A DNA stretch of 64,000 bases from the NCBI RefSeq assembly GCF_902652985.1, contig NC_047016.1:50344001-50408000 (forward strand), written 5' to 3'. Below are positions 49,661 through 63,946 of the stretch, in pieces. A program made the position numbers and the translations under genes. The notes below the pieces were generated by a model. That model was given only the letters and a program-made list of their open reading frames with translations, searched no databases and had not been told where the DNA came from. The DNA comes from Pecten maximus. Lineage: Eukaryota. The stretch's first letter is position 1. Every line of letters begins with the position of its first letter.

Positions 49661-51781
49661 GATAATTTCACCAGCTTGCTTTTGCTTCAGTTTATACAAC
49701 GACAATAGAAAAGCTGAAAATGGTTGTCTTAACCATAGATATGGTTTTACCAGAATTTATTAGTAAGACGTGGAACTCATCACTTAAGCATTGAATGACT
49801 TTCCGCTTCGGTTTAAAGGCAAAATGACTCTGTGCATTACAGGAAAATAGCATGAAACTTCGGACTCCGTATCAGTATGTAAACACATTATGCAAACACA
49901 CAGACCGACAATACGGAGCGACTAGATAGATGAATTTAAAAAAACAAAAAGGATATTAACAGCTATTAAAAGCACTGAAAGTTACATACTGTAGAGGCAA
50001 ACTGAATTAAACTACGTCATATAGATAATTCATTCTTCTACGATTCGACAACGACTAGTACTCCAAGGACCTCAGATGTTGATTACAGGATGCGATCAAG
50101 AACTTTAGATTGATCGAAAAAAAAATATCAAACTCTGCAAGATGTAAAAGGCTAGTTATTTTCATATTTTGCAGTATCAAATTTAAAAAAAAAAAACAAG
50201 TTCACAACAAACAAATAAATAAATAAAATACGTTGTGTGAGATATTTTAATATTGTGTTTGGATAAGCCTTAATGAATACTGACTAGCACTGAATCGTTG
50301 AAAGCATGAAATGGCTGCGTTAAAAACGGCGACGTAATTTTTTTTAACTGATGGGCTAATGACATGTTTAAATGAAATAGTTTCTACTCACCTTTCTGAC
50401 TTTTCTTGGCCTGCGTCATTACATAGTTAGCAATGTTAGATAACTAAGTACGTCATTCAAAAGAAGCTTAAGCGTCCGTCTTTGTTATAGACTAGAAGTA
50501 TTTCATTAGTTATCATAATGGCGGATAACAATGTCTCCTTCATGCAGCCATCCAGACGTATCATGTGTTTTTCTTCCCATTAATTCCTCTTAAATAACGT
50601 CAATAAAAATATCCACGGTGTGCGGATTAATTTTCTATATCAAATAATAAAATTCTGGAACACATAATATGTATTATGCGCAGTTACGCTATGACACATG
50701 TGACAATTTTAGTTTGTAACTTAATTACCGACTGGCTTGAATATGTTTTATGTTATAGAGAAGTTATACCTAAATATGGAAATGTGATTGACAGAAGAGC
50801 AGGAATGCGATAGATTCGACGCTTGAAACAGTATAAATACCGCAGCTTTGAAACTGACATTACACACGCGTTCTTCAGTGGAACGAAGAGGACCGCCGAC
50901 GGACCTGACTCGACCACCTTACATCTCGTTAGGATTGTCGTTCGATAGAGAAGTCCTACTTCTGACAGAGGTGGGTATGATGTAATGCTTCTAGTATTGT
51001 TTACATTTAAACCGTGACAAATCAACAAAAATGTGTAAGCACTGACTGACACAACAATAGCTATAACTAACTTGTTTCGCTGACCTTCATAACCTTACTT
51101 GTTGAAGAAGATGATTTGAAAAAATAGCTCTGTCGAAGGTGAGGTGTTTTTAATATTTTAACGATTTAAAAAAATTAATTAATTGTGTAATTGTGTAATT
51201 GTGTAGTGGATTACATCTGAGCAATATTCCATCAAAATATTTATTACAGCATGTTTCAGAATGAAAATATTATAAGAAATATTGAATATTATGATTATCT
51301 TATGATAATACTATAATACTACATTGTTATAGATGTACACAGTAAATAATCCTGTTAAAGGATCTGAGTCACACAGGCAGCCACATTTTATTTCCAATTG
51401 ATATGCTGAAAAAAAAAAAACAATAAAAAAGACAGATATTTTGAGAGATATGTGTTATAATGTATGTGGTTCGGAGATTTGTAGCTCGATACCAGGCTAA
51501 AATTTATACTTGATAAAACAATACGATAAAATCTGAACAGTAACAGAGCACAAAATCAATAGCCATACTGTGTTTACGAAGTGTAGAATTTTTCGTACTG
51601 CAGAAATAGTCTGGTGAATATTTCAGTTTGTAAACAAGATATATACACAATCAAAAAGGATATTTGATAAAACAAATCGTATTTTGATTTCATTTTAACT
51701 ATTATTAAGGGTTCCGATATTCCAAAAAAAACTCAATATAGTTATGTACTATATATAAACATATTTGATATATACAAACGG

Positions 51782-53310
51782 ATTATCTCGAATAATCTGT
51801 CGGTAAGAATTATCTCGAGTAATCTGTCGGTAAGAATTATCTCGAATAATCTGTCCGTAAGAATTATCTCGAGTAATCTGTCGGTAAGAAATATCTCGTG
51901 TAATCTGTCGGTAAGAAATATCTCGTGTAATCTGTCGGTAAGAATTATCTCGAATAATCTGTCGGTAAGAATTATCTCGAGTCTCGAATAATCTGTCGGT
52001 AAGAATTATCCCGAATAATCTGTCGGTAAGAATTATCTCGAATAATCTGTCGGTAAGAATTATCTCGAGTAATCTGTCGGTAAGAATTATCTCGAGTAAT
52101 CTTTCGGTAAGAGTTATCTCGAATAATCTGTCGGTAAGAATTATCTCGAGTAATCTGTCGGTAAGAATTATCTCGAGTAATCTGTCGGTAAGAATTATCT
52201 CGAGTAATCTGTCGGTAAGAATTATCTCCAATAATCTGTCGGTAAGAATTATCTCGAGTAATCTGTCGGTAAGAATTATCTCGAATAATCTGTCGGTAAG
52301 AATTATCTCGAGTAATCTGTCGGTAAGAATTATCTCGAGTCTCGAGTAATCTGTCGGTTAGAATTATCTCGAATAATCTGTCGGAAAGAATTATCTCGAA
52401 TAATCTGTCGGTAAGAGTTATCTCGAATAATCTGTCGGTAAGAGTTATCTCGAATAATCTGTCGGTAAGAGTTATCTCGAATAATCTGTCGGTAAGAGTT
52501 ATCTCGAATAATCTGTCGGTAAGAATTATCTCGAGTAATCTGTCGGTAAGAATTATCTCGAATAATCTGTGGGTAAGAATTATCTCGAGTAATCTGTCGG
52601 TAAGAATTATCTCGAATAATCTGTCGGTAAGAATTATCTCGAGTAATCTGTCGGTAAGAATTATCTCGAGTAATATGTCGGTAAGAGTTATCTCGAGTAA
52701 TCTGTCGGTAAGAGTTATCTCGAGTCTCGAGTAATCTGTCGGTAAGAAATATCTCGAGTAATCTGTCGGTAAGAATTATCTCGAATAATCTGTCGGTAAG
52801 AATTATCTCGAGTAATCTGTCGGTAAGAATTATCTCGAGTAATCTGTCGGTAAGAATTATCTCGAGTAATCTGTCGGTAAGAATTATCCCGAATAATCTG
52901 TCGGTAAGAATTATCTCGAATAATCTGTCGGTAAGAGTTATCTCGAGTAATCTGTCGGTAAGAATTATCTCGAGTAATCTGTCGGTAAGAATTATCTCGA
53001 GTAATCTGTCGGTAAGAATTATCTCGAGTAATCTGTCGGTAAGAATTATCTCGAGTAATCTGTCGGTAAGAATTATCTCGAGTAATATGTCGGTAAGAAT
53101 TATCTCGAGTAATCTGTCGGTAAGAATTATCTCGAGTAATCTGTCGGTAAGAGTTATCTCGAGTAATCTGTCGGTAAGAATTATCTCGAGTAATCTGTCG
53201 GTAAGAATTATCTCGAATAATCTGTCGGAAAGAATTATCTCGAGTAATCTGTCGGTAAGAATTATCTCGAGTAATCTGTCGGTAAGAATTATCTCGAATA
53301 ATCTGTCGGT
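51782..53310. repeat. 27-bp minisatellite (gtaagaattatctcgagtaatctgtcg), ~56 copies
   Basis: Highly homogeneous units read directly. It explains the ORFs at 51749-53452. Confidence 0.97.
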
Positions 53311-54886
53311 ACATGCTCGAAATATTTTACAAAATGCTTTGTCATATTTTGACTGTTTTGTTCTTCTCTCTGTGGAGAGTAAAGCACAAGATAGTTCCAA
53401 TTATACCTGCAAGACTTTTTACGTATCTCTATATACTGGCAGGGTGTCGTAATGTCTTATAAAAAAACCAACAACAACAAAAAACAACAAAAAACAGAGA
53501 ACATCCAAAGAAGGACGTAACCGTTAGTCTAACTTTAAACCTATAAAATACGAACAAAAATATAGATTTATATGAAGACCCTTGGAGCTTACACAGGTTA
53601 GATGGAACATGAACGTAGACAAATTAAAATCTCGCTATGTTTTGTATATATATATATATATATATATATAACTTTATCAAGTTAAACTTCATAATCTCTT
53701 GAGGATTTATCTTCGTTTAATTTCCGTCAAACCAGCTCAGTTACGTCAACATTCATAAGTGAAGTACGTCATTAATATCTAAAAATGGAATGTGAACCAA
53801 CCATGCGAGCGCCAAATTACATCTCCGGATGACAAACCGAAAAGCATGGATTTGTCTATTAAATACCGAGAAGTTGCACTGCCATTTCATGATTGCTTTT
53901 CACGTTTAAATTATATTTAAGTTTTGTCCAACAGACTCACGTTGTCTCTGTAAATCGTAGATGACGTTGGGTTTTTACCCATTCCATTTCGTTGCCTCTG
54001 CGGAAACAACCAGTGCGTATAGTCGACTTTGGGCTTCTGATGCGTAACTTTAATCGCCCGTCCGTTAGTCTTCAAAACAAACTAGCTTACGTGCATAGCA
54101 TATTTCCTGCGGCTCATTTGTATTTAGAGAGTATTAGAGATAAGAGGTTCCCTGTAATTAATGGGTAGTTTCCAGCTTTTACTTAAATTATGATATACTA
54201 CGGTATTGATTCTCAAATTATATCATCATTAGTATATATATTCTATCATTTAACCTATTGTTGTAATTTTGTAAGAGGGTAGTTTTTAAAGTATCTAAAG
54301 ATCTTCCCATAGATATTTCAATAATGTTGGGGGTTCATTTAGATTTAGATTGTATATATAATGTCACTTTCAGCTACCTAGCTTACATCTTGTTTCGAAT
54401 AAATAGCCATTCTTAGCCAATCTTAATCGAAGTGTGGTTATTTCATTTAGCCATTTTATTCCCTTTGATGTTATATACATTTGTATTCACAAAGTCCATA
54501 TCATCTATTTATTATCTCTTATCATTTTAACGCCTTTTTTATTTTAATGATCTAAATGTATAATCCGAGTGCTTTTAAAAATGAACATTTAACCTGATTG
54601 TTGTCTTCGCCACCCACGCGTTTGTTCGAAAGATAGTAAATGAATCATCATGGCCCTAAATGACGAGAGCCGTCGATGTGGCGTTAAATCCAAACAAACT
54701 AATAAACAAAACAATCCACACCTACATCACCATGTAGAGTTTAACAGTCGGCGCCGTTACAATTACTTTGAACAATTTGTGGAAACTTTGTGAGACTTTA
54801 TTTTGTGTTGTGTGGTGCACTATTTGATGACACGTAATTAAATCATAGACATAAATACCTTTTAATTGCTTTCAGACTTAAGGGCA

Positions 54887-57800
54887 ATGGAAGAGGATGA
54901 CTTACAGATTGTGAAAGTTAGATGTTCACACAGAGAATATATCCAGCGTCAGATTAACTACCAAACAGAACTGGTAAGATCGGCTCACATACTATCTTAT
55001 TGGGGAAGAAAATCATGTTCTACGATCAGTGGAACCTTCAATTAAGACAATTCTTTTCGAATATCAATATTTAAGTTTTTGTTTGTTTTTGTTCATGTTC
55101 TTGTTCATCATTTAATGTATAAACAAACAGGAGAGTTACAGACCAGTACGGTCCTTCAGCATTTCTGTTGAATATTACAATGCTATAATTGTTCAGTTAG
55201 GTAGTTGGCGTTGAATACTATTGATCTTACTAACTTTTTGGGCATATTTTATCTTTACGAATGTATAATTTAATTTTGCTTGTAACAAGCATTTTCATTG
55301 GCTCAAAAAATTATGTTATCATCTCATAACATAAAAAAAATAAACTGTGACGTCAGCGGAGTAATCGTTGTTCACGGGATTTTGTGTTTATAGATGTGTT
55401 TTTAAATATCTGGAGCAAAATAAACATGTTAAACTTAATGAAAATGTCTCTTATCGTTGTTAATTAAATTATAAGGGTTAACTGTAATATTTTTTTTACG
55501 TTATTGAGCAATAACACACAAAAAAAACTGGGGTGTACTCTTTTCATAATCCGCTTCGCGGTTTATTCAGAGTACACCGCAGTTTTTTGTGTTATTGCCC
55601 AATAACGTAAAAAAAATATTACAGTTAACCCTTAAATAGTACGAAGTACGTTATTCATACTCGTGTCCTGACCGGGTCCCGAGCACGCCTCGCATTCTAC
55701 GACACCAAATCGCCTCGTCAGAAATATCCGCGAATAATCATCTTCACATACCTTCTTCTGGACTGCTGGATTATCGCTGTGGTCACGTGCGTTTATAAAT
55801 ATAGCAACAAAGAGCCCGACAACTTTTACATCCGTGAGTAATGAGTAGTAACACTCCCACACTATAATCCGCTATAATTTAAGTGCGTCAACGTATGTGA
55901 CACTGTCCTCAGATTGTTTAAATATTCAAAATAAGGATTAAAAGATTATTTGTTTATTACAATTTAAATGCACAATTATATTTTCCCTATGATTGCAATG
56001 AACAGTTTTGCGATTCTGNNNNNNNNNNNNNNNNNNNNNNNNNNNNNNNNNNNNNNNNNNNNNNNNNNNNNNNNNNNNNNNNNNNNNNNNNNNNNNNNNN
56101 NNNNNNNNNNNNNNNNNNNNNNNNNNNNNNNNNNNNNNNNNNNNNNNNNNNNNNNNNNNNNNNNNNNNNNNNNNNNNNNNNNNNNNNNNNNNCAACAACC
56201 GTTGTTCATATGTATTTGTTGTCGTTGCCATCATTCTCATCCGATGAACAATGAAATACGTACCGGTACAAGTTTGTATGTTGAAACATATCTTTGTCCG
56301 TGATAAATATATCTTAGCATAAAGTATTTGATGTCGCCGACCTTAATTAATGCCATATGATTAGTTAGGATATTAGAATATTCTACATGCAATATTAACG
56401 GCAGGAAATAGACGATCCCCTGGCAGTAGTTGACATTGATGAGTTGGTGGAGAGGTACAGAAAATGGTACAAACTACTTCCAAGGGTTGAGCTCTTCTAC
56501 GGTAAAGATATTTTATTAATTCCTATTAATCATCATACTTTGTATATGTATACTTTCTTATATTTATACGACGTATAATATAAAACTAGTGTCTTTGTAA
56601 TACTTAGTTAAGGGTCATCTAATAGCAAATCCAGTGATATTTTACAAGCCAATAATTGACTACAATGGTGACACAGAAGTACCTTGATCAATTGTTAGTA
56701 TGTATCATTGCTAGCCGTGGACCTTGCTATTAACTTGTAATTTGTTAAGATGTCTGTACGTTTCAACAAAACATGGGGATATAATTAGCTCATGTTTATC
56801 ACATATATTGCACAAAATAAGCATGCTGTTATGCAAGTGTCTATAAAATACACAATTTGTTTGACCGGATTTGACTTTATATACGTAAAAACATTGATTC
56901 CTTTAAATGCAAATGGTGGTTGTGAATAATATCACACAAATATGGCATATAGGGAAAACAAAATCACTGTATGCCTTAGAGTCAAATAAAGTCAAACATA
57001 TGCTCCTTTTGTGCGTTATAGACACTTATGAAAAAAGACTGATAACAGTTTAACAACACGTTTCTGGGTCCCTTTTCATTGTTTGATACACAAAACTAAA
57101 TTGTTTTCAACAGCTTTAAAATGCAACAATGATAAGAAGATCGTTGATACTCTCGTCAAGCTGGGGAGCAGTTTTGACTGTGCAAGCAAGGTATACACTT
57201 AAGATATTTTCCCATTATAACCTGCCTTGAATCTATCAAGGAGTGCATTATGCATTCATATGCCAATATAAACAGTCAAAAGACATTTATATATATACGT
57301 ATGTTTCATAGATTCCCGATAACAGTTATTAAAAGGAAAAGGAACGGACTTTTCAGTAACTACACACTGTAACCTATAAGTCAATTCCATATTAACACAA
57401 ATCCGATATCGAAAGTTTTTGGAAAGAAATCCTTAAATTATATTCACCAGGATCCCATTTGTCTGTAAAAGAAATGATATCTTTATAGTGTAGCTGTCTT
57501 TAATTAAACAATAATGTATCAAAAAATCACAACTCAAAAATGATTTTCTTACACTTTAATATATCATATGAAAGTATCATCACTCGATCATTTGGATGTT
57601 GAAACTAACAACGCTCATGTTATTATGACATATAGTTTGATGTCGTATTACACAAATATTACGTTACAACAGTGACGTGATATTATATTAATTTATTTTC
57701 ATATGACGAAAAGTATGACAGCACTCACATGATCAGTATTGCCCGAAATACCGTTTGAAGCATTTATTATAGAATGTGATTATGTCAAAGGAAATGATAA

Positions 57801-60800
57801 AAAAAAATGAAAGGCTTTCTTTTGTTATGTTAAATAGGGCGAGATTAAACAGATTTTGGACTGTGGAGTTGATCCCTCTCGCATCATCTATGCCAATCCG
57901 TGCAAACAAAACTCGCATGTATCTTACGCCCTGAAACACAATGTGGATTTGATGACATTTGACAGCGAAAAGGAACTTACCAAAACCATGACGATATGTA
58001 AATCAGCAAGGTGGGTTGATACATATGTTCAATAAATAAGGGCATCAACTAGGATTTCGATAGGATATGTGGCTTGATTTCCTTTTAAAAAGAGTCTGCA
58101 GATTTGAATGGAAGCTGACATTGACAGCGATTGTTTTGATATATTATTTATTGATAAGAAAAAAACCAAGATGAATATGAACCAACTTAAGTATAAAACC
58201 GCAATACAAACAAATATGTACTAAAACAGTGTAATGTAGCAACACAAACATCTAGTACTAAAAAAGTGCAATGCAGCAACACAAACATCTAGTACTAAAA
58301 CAGTGTAATTCAGCAACACAAACATATAATTACTATAGATGTTTGTATCACTGAACTATTGCTGCACTATTTTACAGGTAAGTATTACTACACATTTAAG
58401 AAATGTTAAACTGGTACTAACGCACTACATTCCAGGTTGTTGCTACGATTCCGGCCAAAACACACGTGTAAAGTAGTCTATGACTTGGGAATGAAGTTTG
58501 GTTGTGCCCTCGAAGAAGCTTCGGATCTATTTTTATCGGCAAAGAAAAAGGGATTGAATATCGTTGGTGTGAGGTGCGTAGCATACATAGATAGTATATG
58601 AGTTTTTCGTCATCACCAGCATAACTTTACATATATTATAGTTTCTTCGTTCTTAGAACAAAGTGCTCTATACCTAAGAAATAACTTGTTAAATATTCAA
58701 AATTGAAGATACTCCTTCACATGTATTTGTTACAGTTTCCATGTTGGAAGTAATTGTCTCAGTTCCGATGCATTTTCGTCATCAATCAAAGAAGCAAGGA
58801 TGATATTTGATATCGGGCTCCAGGTCGGTTTTGCTATGGAGATCCTTGATATAGGAGGTGGTTTTAGGGGCAGAGATATTGATCACCCGACTATAGAAGA
58901 GGTATGTAAATTGGTTACCACGACACATTACCGAACAAGGTTAGTTTGTTCACCATTGGGATAGAGGAAGAATTTAGGGTGTGTTATGTTCCTAGTATTG
59001 ATAGATTTGATATTTTCATTTTGTTCGATATGTATACAATGTACAACGTTTTCACGTTTTTAAAAAGAAAGAAAGAAAAAGAAAAAAGAAAAATGCTTAT
59101 TTTGAGATTATTCAGCTAATTTCTGAAGTTAGGAGAGGGTATAGAGAAATCAATGTCTGTCTGTCTGTCTGTCTGTCAAATGTTGTGAGTCTGGGCTTTT
59201 TGTTTTAGATTCTTCGATCCGCCAATTTATGGCAGTATGCCATTTTAGTAATGATTACCCCCCCCCCCCCCTCCCCCCCCCCCCCCCCCCCCCCCCCCGG
59301 GCCTATTTTAGACAGATGATGTGTGTATAACTCGTTCAATAGCTTTCATCCAAACTTCTCATAACTATGCACATATGTACATGGAAGATTTACAACTTCT
59401 TTGAGTACTGCTTTGAACTGTTCTTTTAATGCTATCCATCTAGTACAATATTGTATAATAAATTGAAATGAATTAATGTGCTCAATAAAAAGGATATTCA
59501 AAAAATAATCATGACAAATATTGAGATTGTTGTAAACACCGTATTTCAATTTATTTGTATAAAGAATGCAGCCGTTATCAACCAGAGCCTGGATGAGTAC
59601 TTCCCTGAAAGAGACGGAGTAAAAGTCATCGCTGAACCAGGACGGTACCTCGTGGAAACTGCTGTCAGTACTGGAGTGAATATAATTGGACAAAAGTTTG
59701 TCTATAACAATGGTACGTTTAGGATATACATATCAAATGTACGTTTCAATGATGGGTTGAACATAAAGTAAGGAATAGGTATACTGCTCATGAGCGAATC
59801 TAAGAAAGAACAAATAAAACGGGTTCTAAGAAAAGGAGAACATTGAATAATGGCCGAATTTTCTCCAGCGAGAAGGCAATGATAGGTACAATTGAAATGT
59901 GCAATATAGATTATTATTAAATTATACCTGGGCTGATTATGAGACATATATCAATGTACATCTTAAACATTCATTTTCAATCGTTCCGTTTGTTTATAAT
60001 TTCAGACAAAACCATCATTGAACATGCCATGTACAACATTAATGATGGCATATACGGATCATTCAGTCGAATTAATGATGGAACAAGAGTGTTGATAATG
60101 TCACCGATTACTGGAAAGGTTTGTGTTTATAAATGCTCTTTTATTTCTTAAAAATTAAATACGAAAAATTGTTTCTAAAAGTAATTTACTCATGCATATG
60201 TATATCGTTCCCAGAGGTCACATAATGGTTGTGATTGCGATTGCCCTAGGACTCCAAAAATGAAATCTTATGAGACCTTTTGAAAAATATATTAGTAATT
60301 GAATTGGTAATTAAATGCTTCTTTATAATCTTTAAGATTTTGCTATACCATGTGCAAAGTTCGATAATATGGCCTCGTTGTTATTATTTCAAAACAAACG
60401 TTGCAAAAACTGTAATAATGACGTCTCACAACATTGCTTTAAATTATCAACAGTGACGTATTGTTTCAATTGTGTATCAGATTGTATTTACATCCTTTCC
60501 AGGACAGAAAGAAAATACATAAAAGTACTTTGTGGGGTCCAACATGTGCAGTCACGGATTGCCTGGCTGTAGGTATCCATTTACCGTTGATGGAGGTCGG
60601 AGAATGGGCATGTATAAGTTACACAGGAGCGTACTCGTTCTGTCGCTCGTCCAAATTTAACAGCATGCCATTACCCAGGATGTATTACTTCTGTTCACGC
60701 GACACTTGGTATGTACCTTATTAAACCCTTGCCGGTGAAACTGTGGGACTTTAGGTACTTTTAGGTTTCCGCAATGCTTCAAGATATGTTGGTCAAAGTT

Positions 60801-61459
60801 TTTATGTAACTTCAGTATGAGTTGCTACAGATCAACTTCGAGTTTCAGTGTTTTTGGGTCAAGGTCACTGTTACTATTTTAGTAGGGACCGGTAGGGGAC
60901 TTGTATTGCTTGAGCAATACCCAGTATGCTCGAGTGGTCCTGTTGTTTCACAGAAGGTCTTCTGTATATCACATCATCATTACCTTGTCTGTAAATAAAA
61001 AGTATTTATTTCTAATAGATTAAATCACCAGTTATTCATCTGTATCAAAAATGAAATAATGATAAGTGTTATCAATTGTTATTTTGCATTTTGATTAACA
61101 CACTAATAAATAGATAAAGAAATAAACAAAAACACCCCCCCCCCCCCCCCCCCCCTCGTAAAAAAAAACAACAAAAACGTAAAAACTGATAAGGATAACG
61201 ATTGCTTATTGGACCGAAAGTTACATAATAAATTAGATAGAATTTATTTATTATGATACAATTTCTCAATTATTCGCTCTATTTAAATGAAGCACAGACA
61301 TTTAGAGGGTATATTGCGTAATGTATGTATTGTATGTACACTGTAAAAATATATAACTGTCTGCTCTTGTTATCATCTTTTGTCGGTAATGTAGCATCTT
61401 TAAATAAGGAATGTGAACATTTGATTTACTGCAGGGAGACCTTGAAGGTCAAAGGTTAA
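54887..61459 (+). CDS. Ornithine decarboxylase-like protein (fold-type III PLP decarboxylase), 10 coding exons, ~409 aa
   Basis: GT-AG exons 54887-54973, 56405-56501, 57114-57190, 57838-58010, 58436-58573, 58736-58901, 59565-59712, 60006-60118, 60503-60708, 61435-61459 (1230 nt, phases consistent). Motifs: FYALKCN (PLP Lys), FDCASKGEI, RIIYANPCK, MTFDS, KFG, GVSFHVGS, LDIGGGF, IAEPGRY, NDGIYGSF, WGPTC, GAY. First and last exons are less certain. Confidence 0.9.
55472..55634. repeat. ~160-bp near-perfect palindrome (foldback/MITE-like) in ODC-like intron 1
   Basis: taagggttaactgtaatattttttt-tacgttattg… pairs with …caataacgtaaaaaaaatattacagttaaccctta. The centre is ccgc-ttc-gcgg. Confidence 0.85.
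56019..56192. other. Assembly gap (174 N)
   Basis: Run of N. Confidence 1.
58219..58330. repeat. ~37-bp tandem repeat x3 in an ODC-like intron
   Basis: tactaaaacagtgtaatgtagcaacacaaacatctag units. Confidence 0.75.
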
Positions 61460-63831
61460 ATGGAGAAACAAATATCACATTATTGACAGCATCTGAAACA
61501 ATGGTAAGTGTTGTCTAATAATTTATCCACTTCTTGTTAACGTAATGTCACTATAGTTGAAATTGTCATAATTCAAAATCTATGTATATCCTCTTCAACC
61601 TCCTTCGTTGTTATGACGACAATGAATAATCCTTATAATCAATTATACAGCAGCTTGGATATACAAACTATGTCAATTTCTTTTTAGGAATATTCGCTTT
61701 GAAAAAAATATTCCTTTTGTTATAGAGTGTATATAAACCAACAGAATTGTTAAAACGAAATGTCGACAGTTCAAAATCAATATTTATATCACAACTAGCG
61801 ACGCCATATATTATTTGTCTTCGTTTTGTCAAACCTGTTGTCAATTTACTTGTAATTAATCTCTTATTTGGGTTTCATTTCGAGATTGGTAAGTGGATAA
61901 CGTAGAATTATGTAACACAAGTCGATGGTGAAATATTGAAAAAAAACTGCAAATAAACGCATTTTAGTATTGTATATGTGCGTGATACGGTGCAATATCT
62001 GAGGACTTTCTACATACCTTGGAATCCGTCTTCATTATCATTACAATATGTTGCTTTTCAAGATAATCAATAAAATTATTTCAATGCCTATGAATATTTA
62101 AGACATGTCTGTTTATTCAATTTTAGGTACAGCTCACTGAAGATAGCATCGATATTGCTGCTGCTGCTGTCTTTCTGTCCTGAATGTTTTAATGAGAAAG
62201 TTTACTTGTCTTTATCCATTATCAATTATCTGTACATCCAGTGACTCGGACGAGTAGAGATTTGATTATAACCTGAGTATCACCTTGGACGTTTTGCGAT
62301 GAAAAATGCATGTTTGCTATTCGAACAAAGCATTCATAACATTTTCTTCATCGATCATATGTTTATTCTAGTATCTAACGAAAAAATGTTCATTAGGAAC
62401 TGGTAATTATATCAAAGAATACTGTCGATAAAACAATTGAGGAGTGAAAGAAAATTTGAAAAATATGGTGTCTAAGTGACGGAAAAGGATCCAAAGGATC
62501 ACAAGAACGGGAAAACTAGACAAAGGAAAAAGAGGTGGATTTACGGACAGGATCCGTGTCTTTATGTTCATATAGACAGTTCGTCTGGAAAAAAGCAGAT
62601 AAATATATACATTGTATACGGAAGCCTGTTAGTGCACATGTAAACAAATACAATGTCGTCATTCCAACAGATGCATCACAAAACATATATGATCACACTG
62701 TATCTACATTATTATATCTCTATTTACCCAGATGTGCCTAAAATCAACATAACGACAAACACATTTTAATGATATAATTCGATAAAATGTACCCTGTGTA
62801 ATGTGTGTATACTTTGTTTTGCCTCCTCCCCCAACCCCACCCTCCTCTAAAAATAATAAATAAATAAAAGAACAAGATAAAGCCATTTGTTTACCTGTTA
62901 GACCAGAGCGAGGCTCAATGTTGATGATGGTTTGTATGTTGTCGGCGCTTTACTGTAAGCAGAATATAAAAATGTACTGTATATTCTCAAGTTTAAAGAA
63001 ACACTCGATCATCTGTGTTCCGGAATATTACATGTATTATATTATATTTATTTCAAGACACGTCTTCCTTATAAAGCTTTTGAAAAGAATAATATGTGTT
63101 TCGTGAATCTGATTTAAATCGGTACTGCTCGGTGCTGTGCATCACGTTTTATCTGTTGAAGACCGTTAAACCATAAAACGATGAATCAGTAGGCGGTCTT
63201 CCACAACTGTTACATTCTTCAGCACATCTGTTGTGTTCATAAAGAAACAGTGATGCACAAAAAGACGGCAGCCAAACTCAGCAGAGAGGTGTTAGCTTTC
63301 ATGATTTAACTATACATCCTATCGCTAACTACAGCCATTGCAGAACAGCAAAACTTGTGTAAAATCTAAAACTGTTTTCAACGTTTAAAGTTCTCAAACA
63401 AGGTATTGAAATAATAGAACAACTGCAGTAGATGGATTCACGAAAATTGATTTTGGAATATCTTAAGGAAACAGAAATTTCATCAGGTAGTTATTTTGTA
63501 TACTGTTATTTTGTATACTGCTTAATGTTACCGCATTTATGTAGTTTGAAGATGGTTTCAGTGCCTCCATCCCTCCCCCGACTCGCATTTGCCAATTGAT
63601 GAACTCTCCAACCGACAATACATACGATTTTCCATCATAAGACCGATGTTAATTCACTATAATGTAAACTCCAATACACATTGGTGTGACATCCCTCACA
63701 ATCCATCTTTAATCCCATGTATTACTAAGCGTCAAGCAAGAAGAACCTATAGAACCATTTGAATGGCTAGGTACTGAATGACAGAACCATGCAAAAGGAG
63801 GATTCTTATCTCACGGGTGTCCTACTTGAGA

Positions 63832-63946
63832 TGGTTTGGAAAGAAATTGGATGACTATCTCTAGCATTTCTGGAACTGGGAGCTAGATGTGAGGTGGTTA
63901 TGGCAATTTCCAGACATGCTAGACCATCCAATTTCTTTCCAAACCA
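63832..63946. repeat. Inverted repeat / hairpin
   Basis: tggtttggaaagaaattggatg pairs with catccaatttctttccaaacca (22 bp perfect). An inner stem is ctagcatttctggaa / ttccagacatgctag. Confidence 0.8.

Noticed and set aside
51749-53452. 356-aa and other ORFs with TDRLLEIIL / RDNSYRQI repeats
   Set aside because: They come from a stop-free 27-bp unit open in several frames and have no protein features.
55938-56303. ORFs spanning N run
   Set aside because: They are artefacts of the assembly gap.
7768-61459. Functional cluster of transporter, decarboxylase and cGLR
   Set aside because: Proximity alone in an animal genome, with the transporter and decarboxylase ~37 kb apart, is not evidence of a shared pathway.
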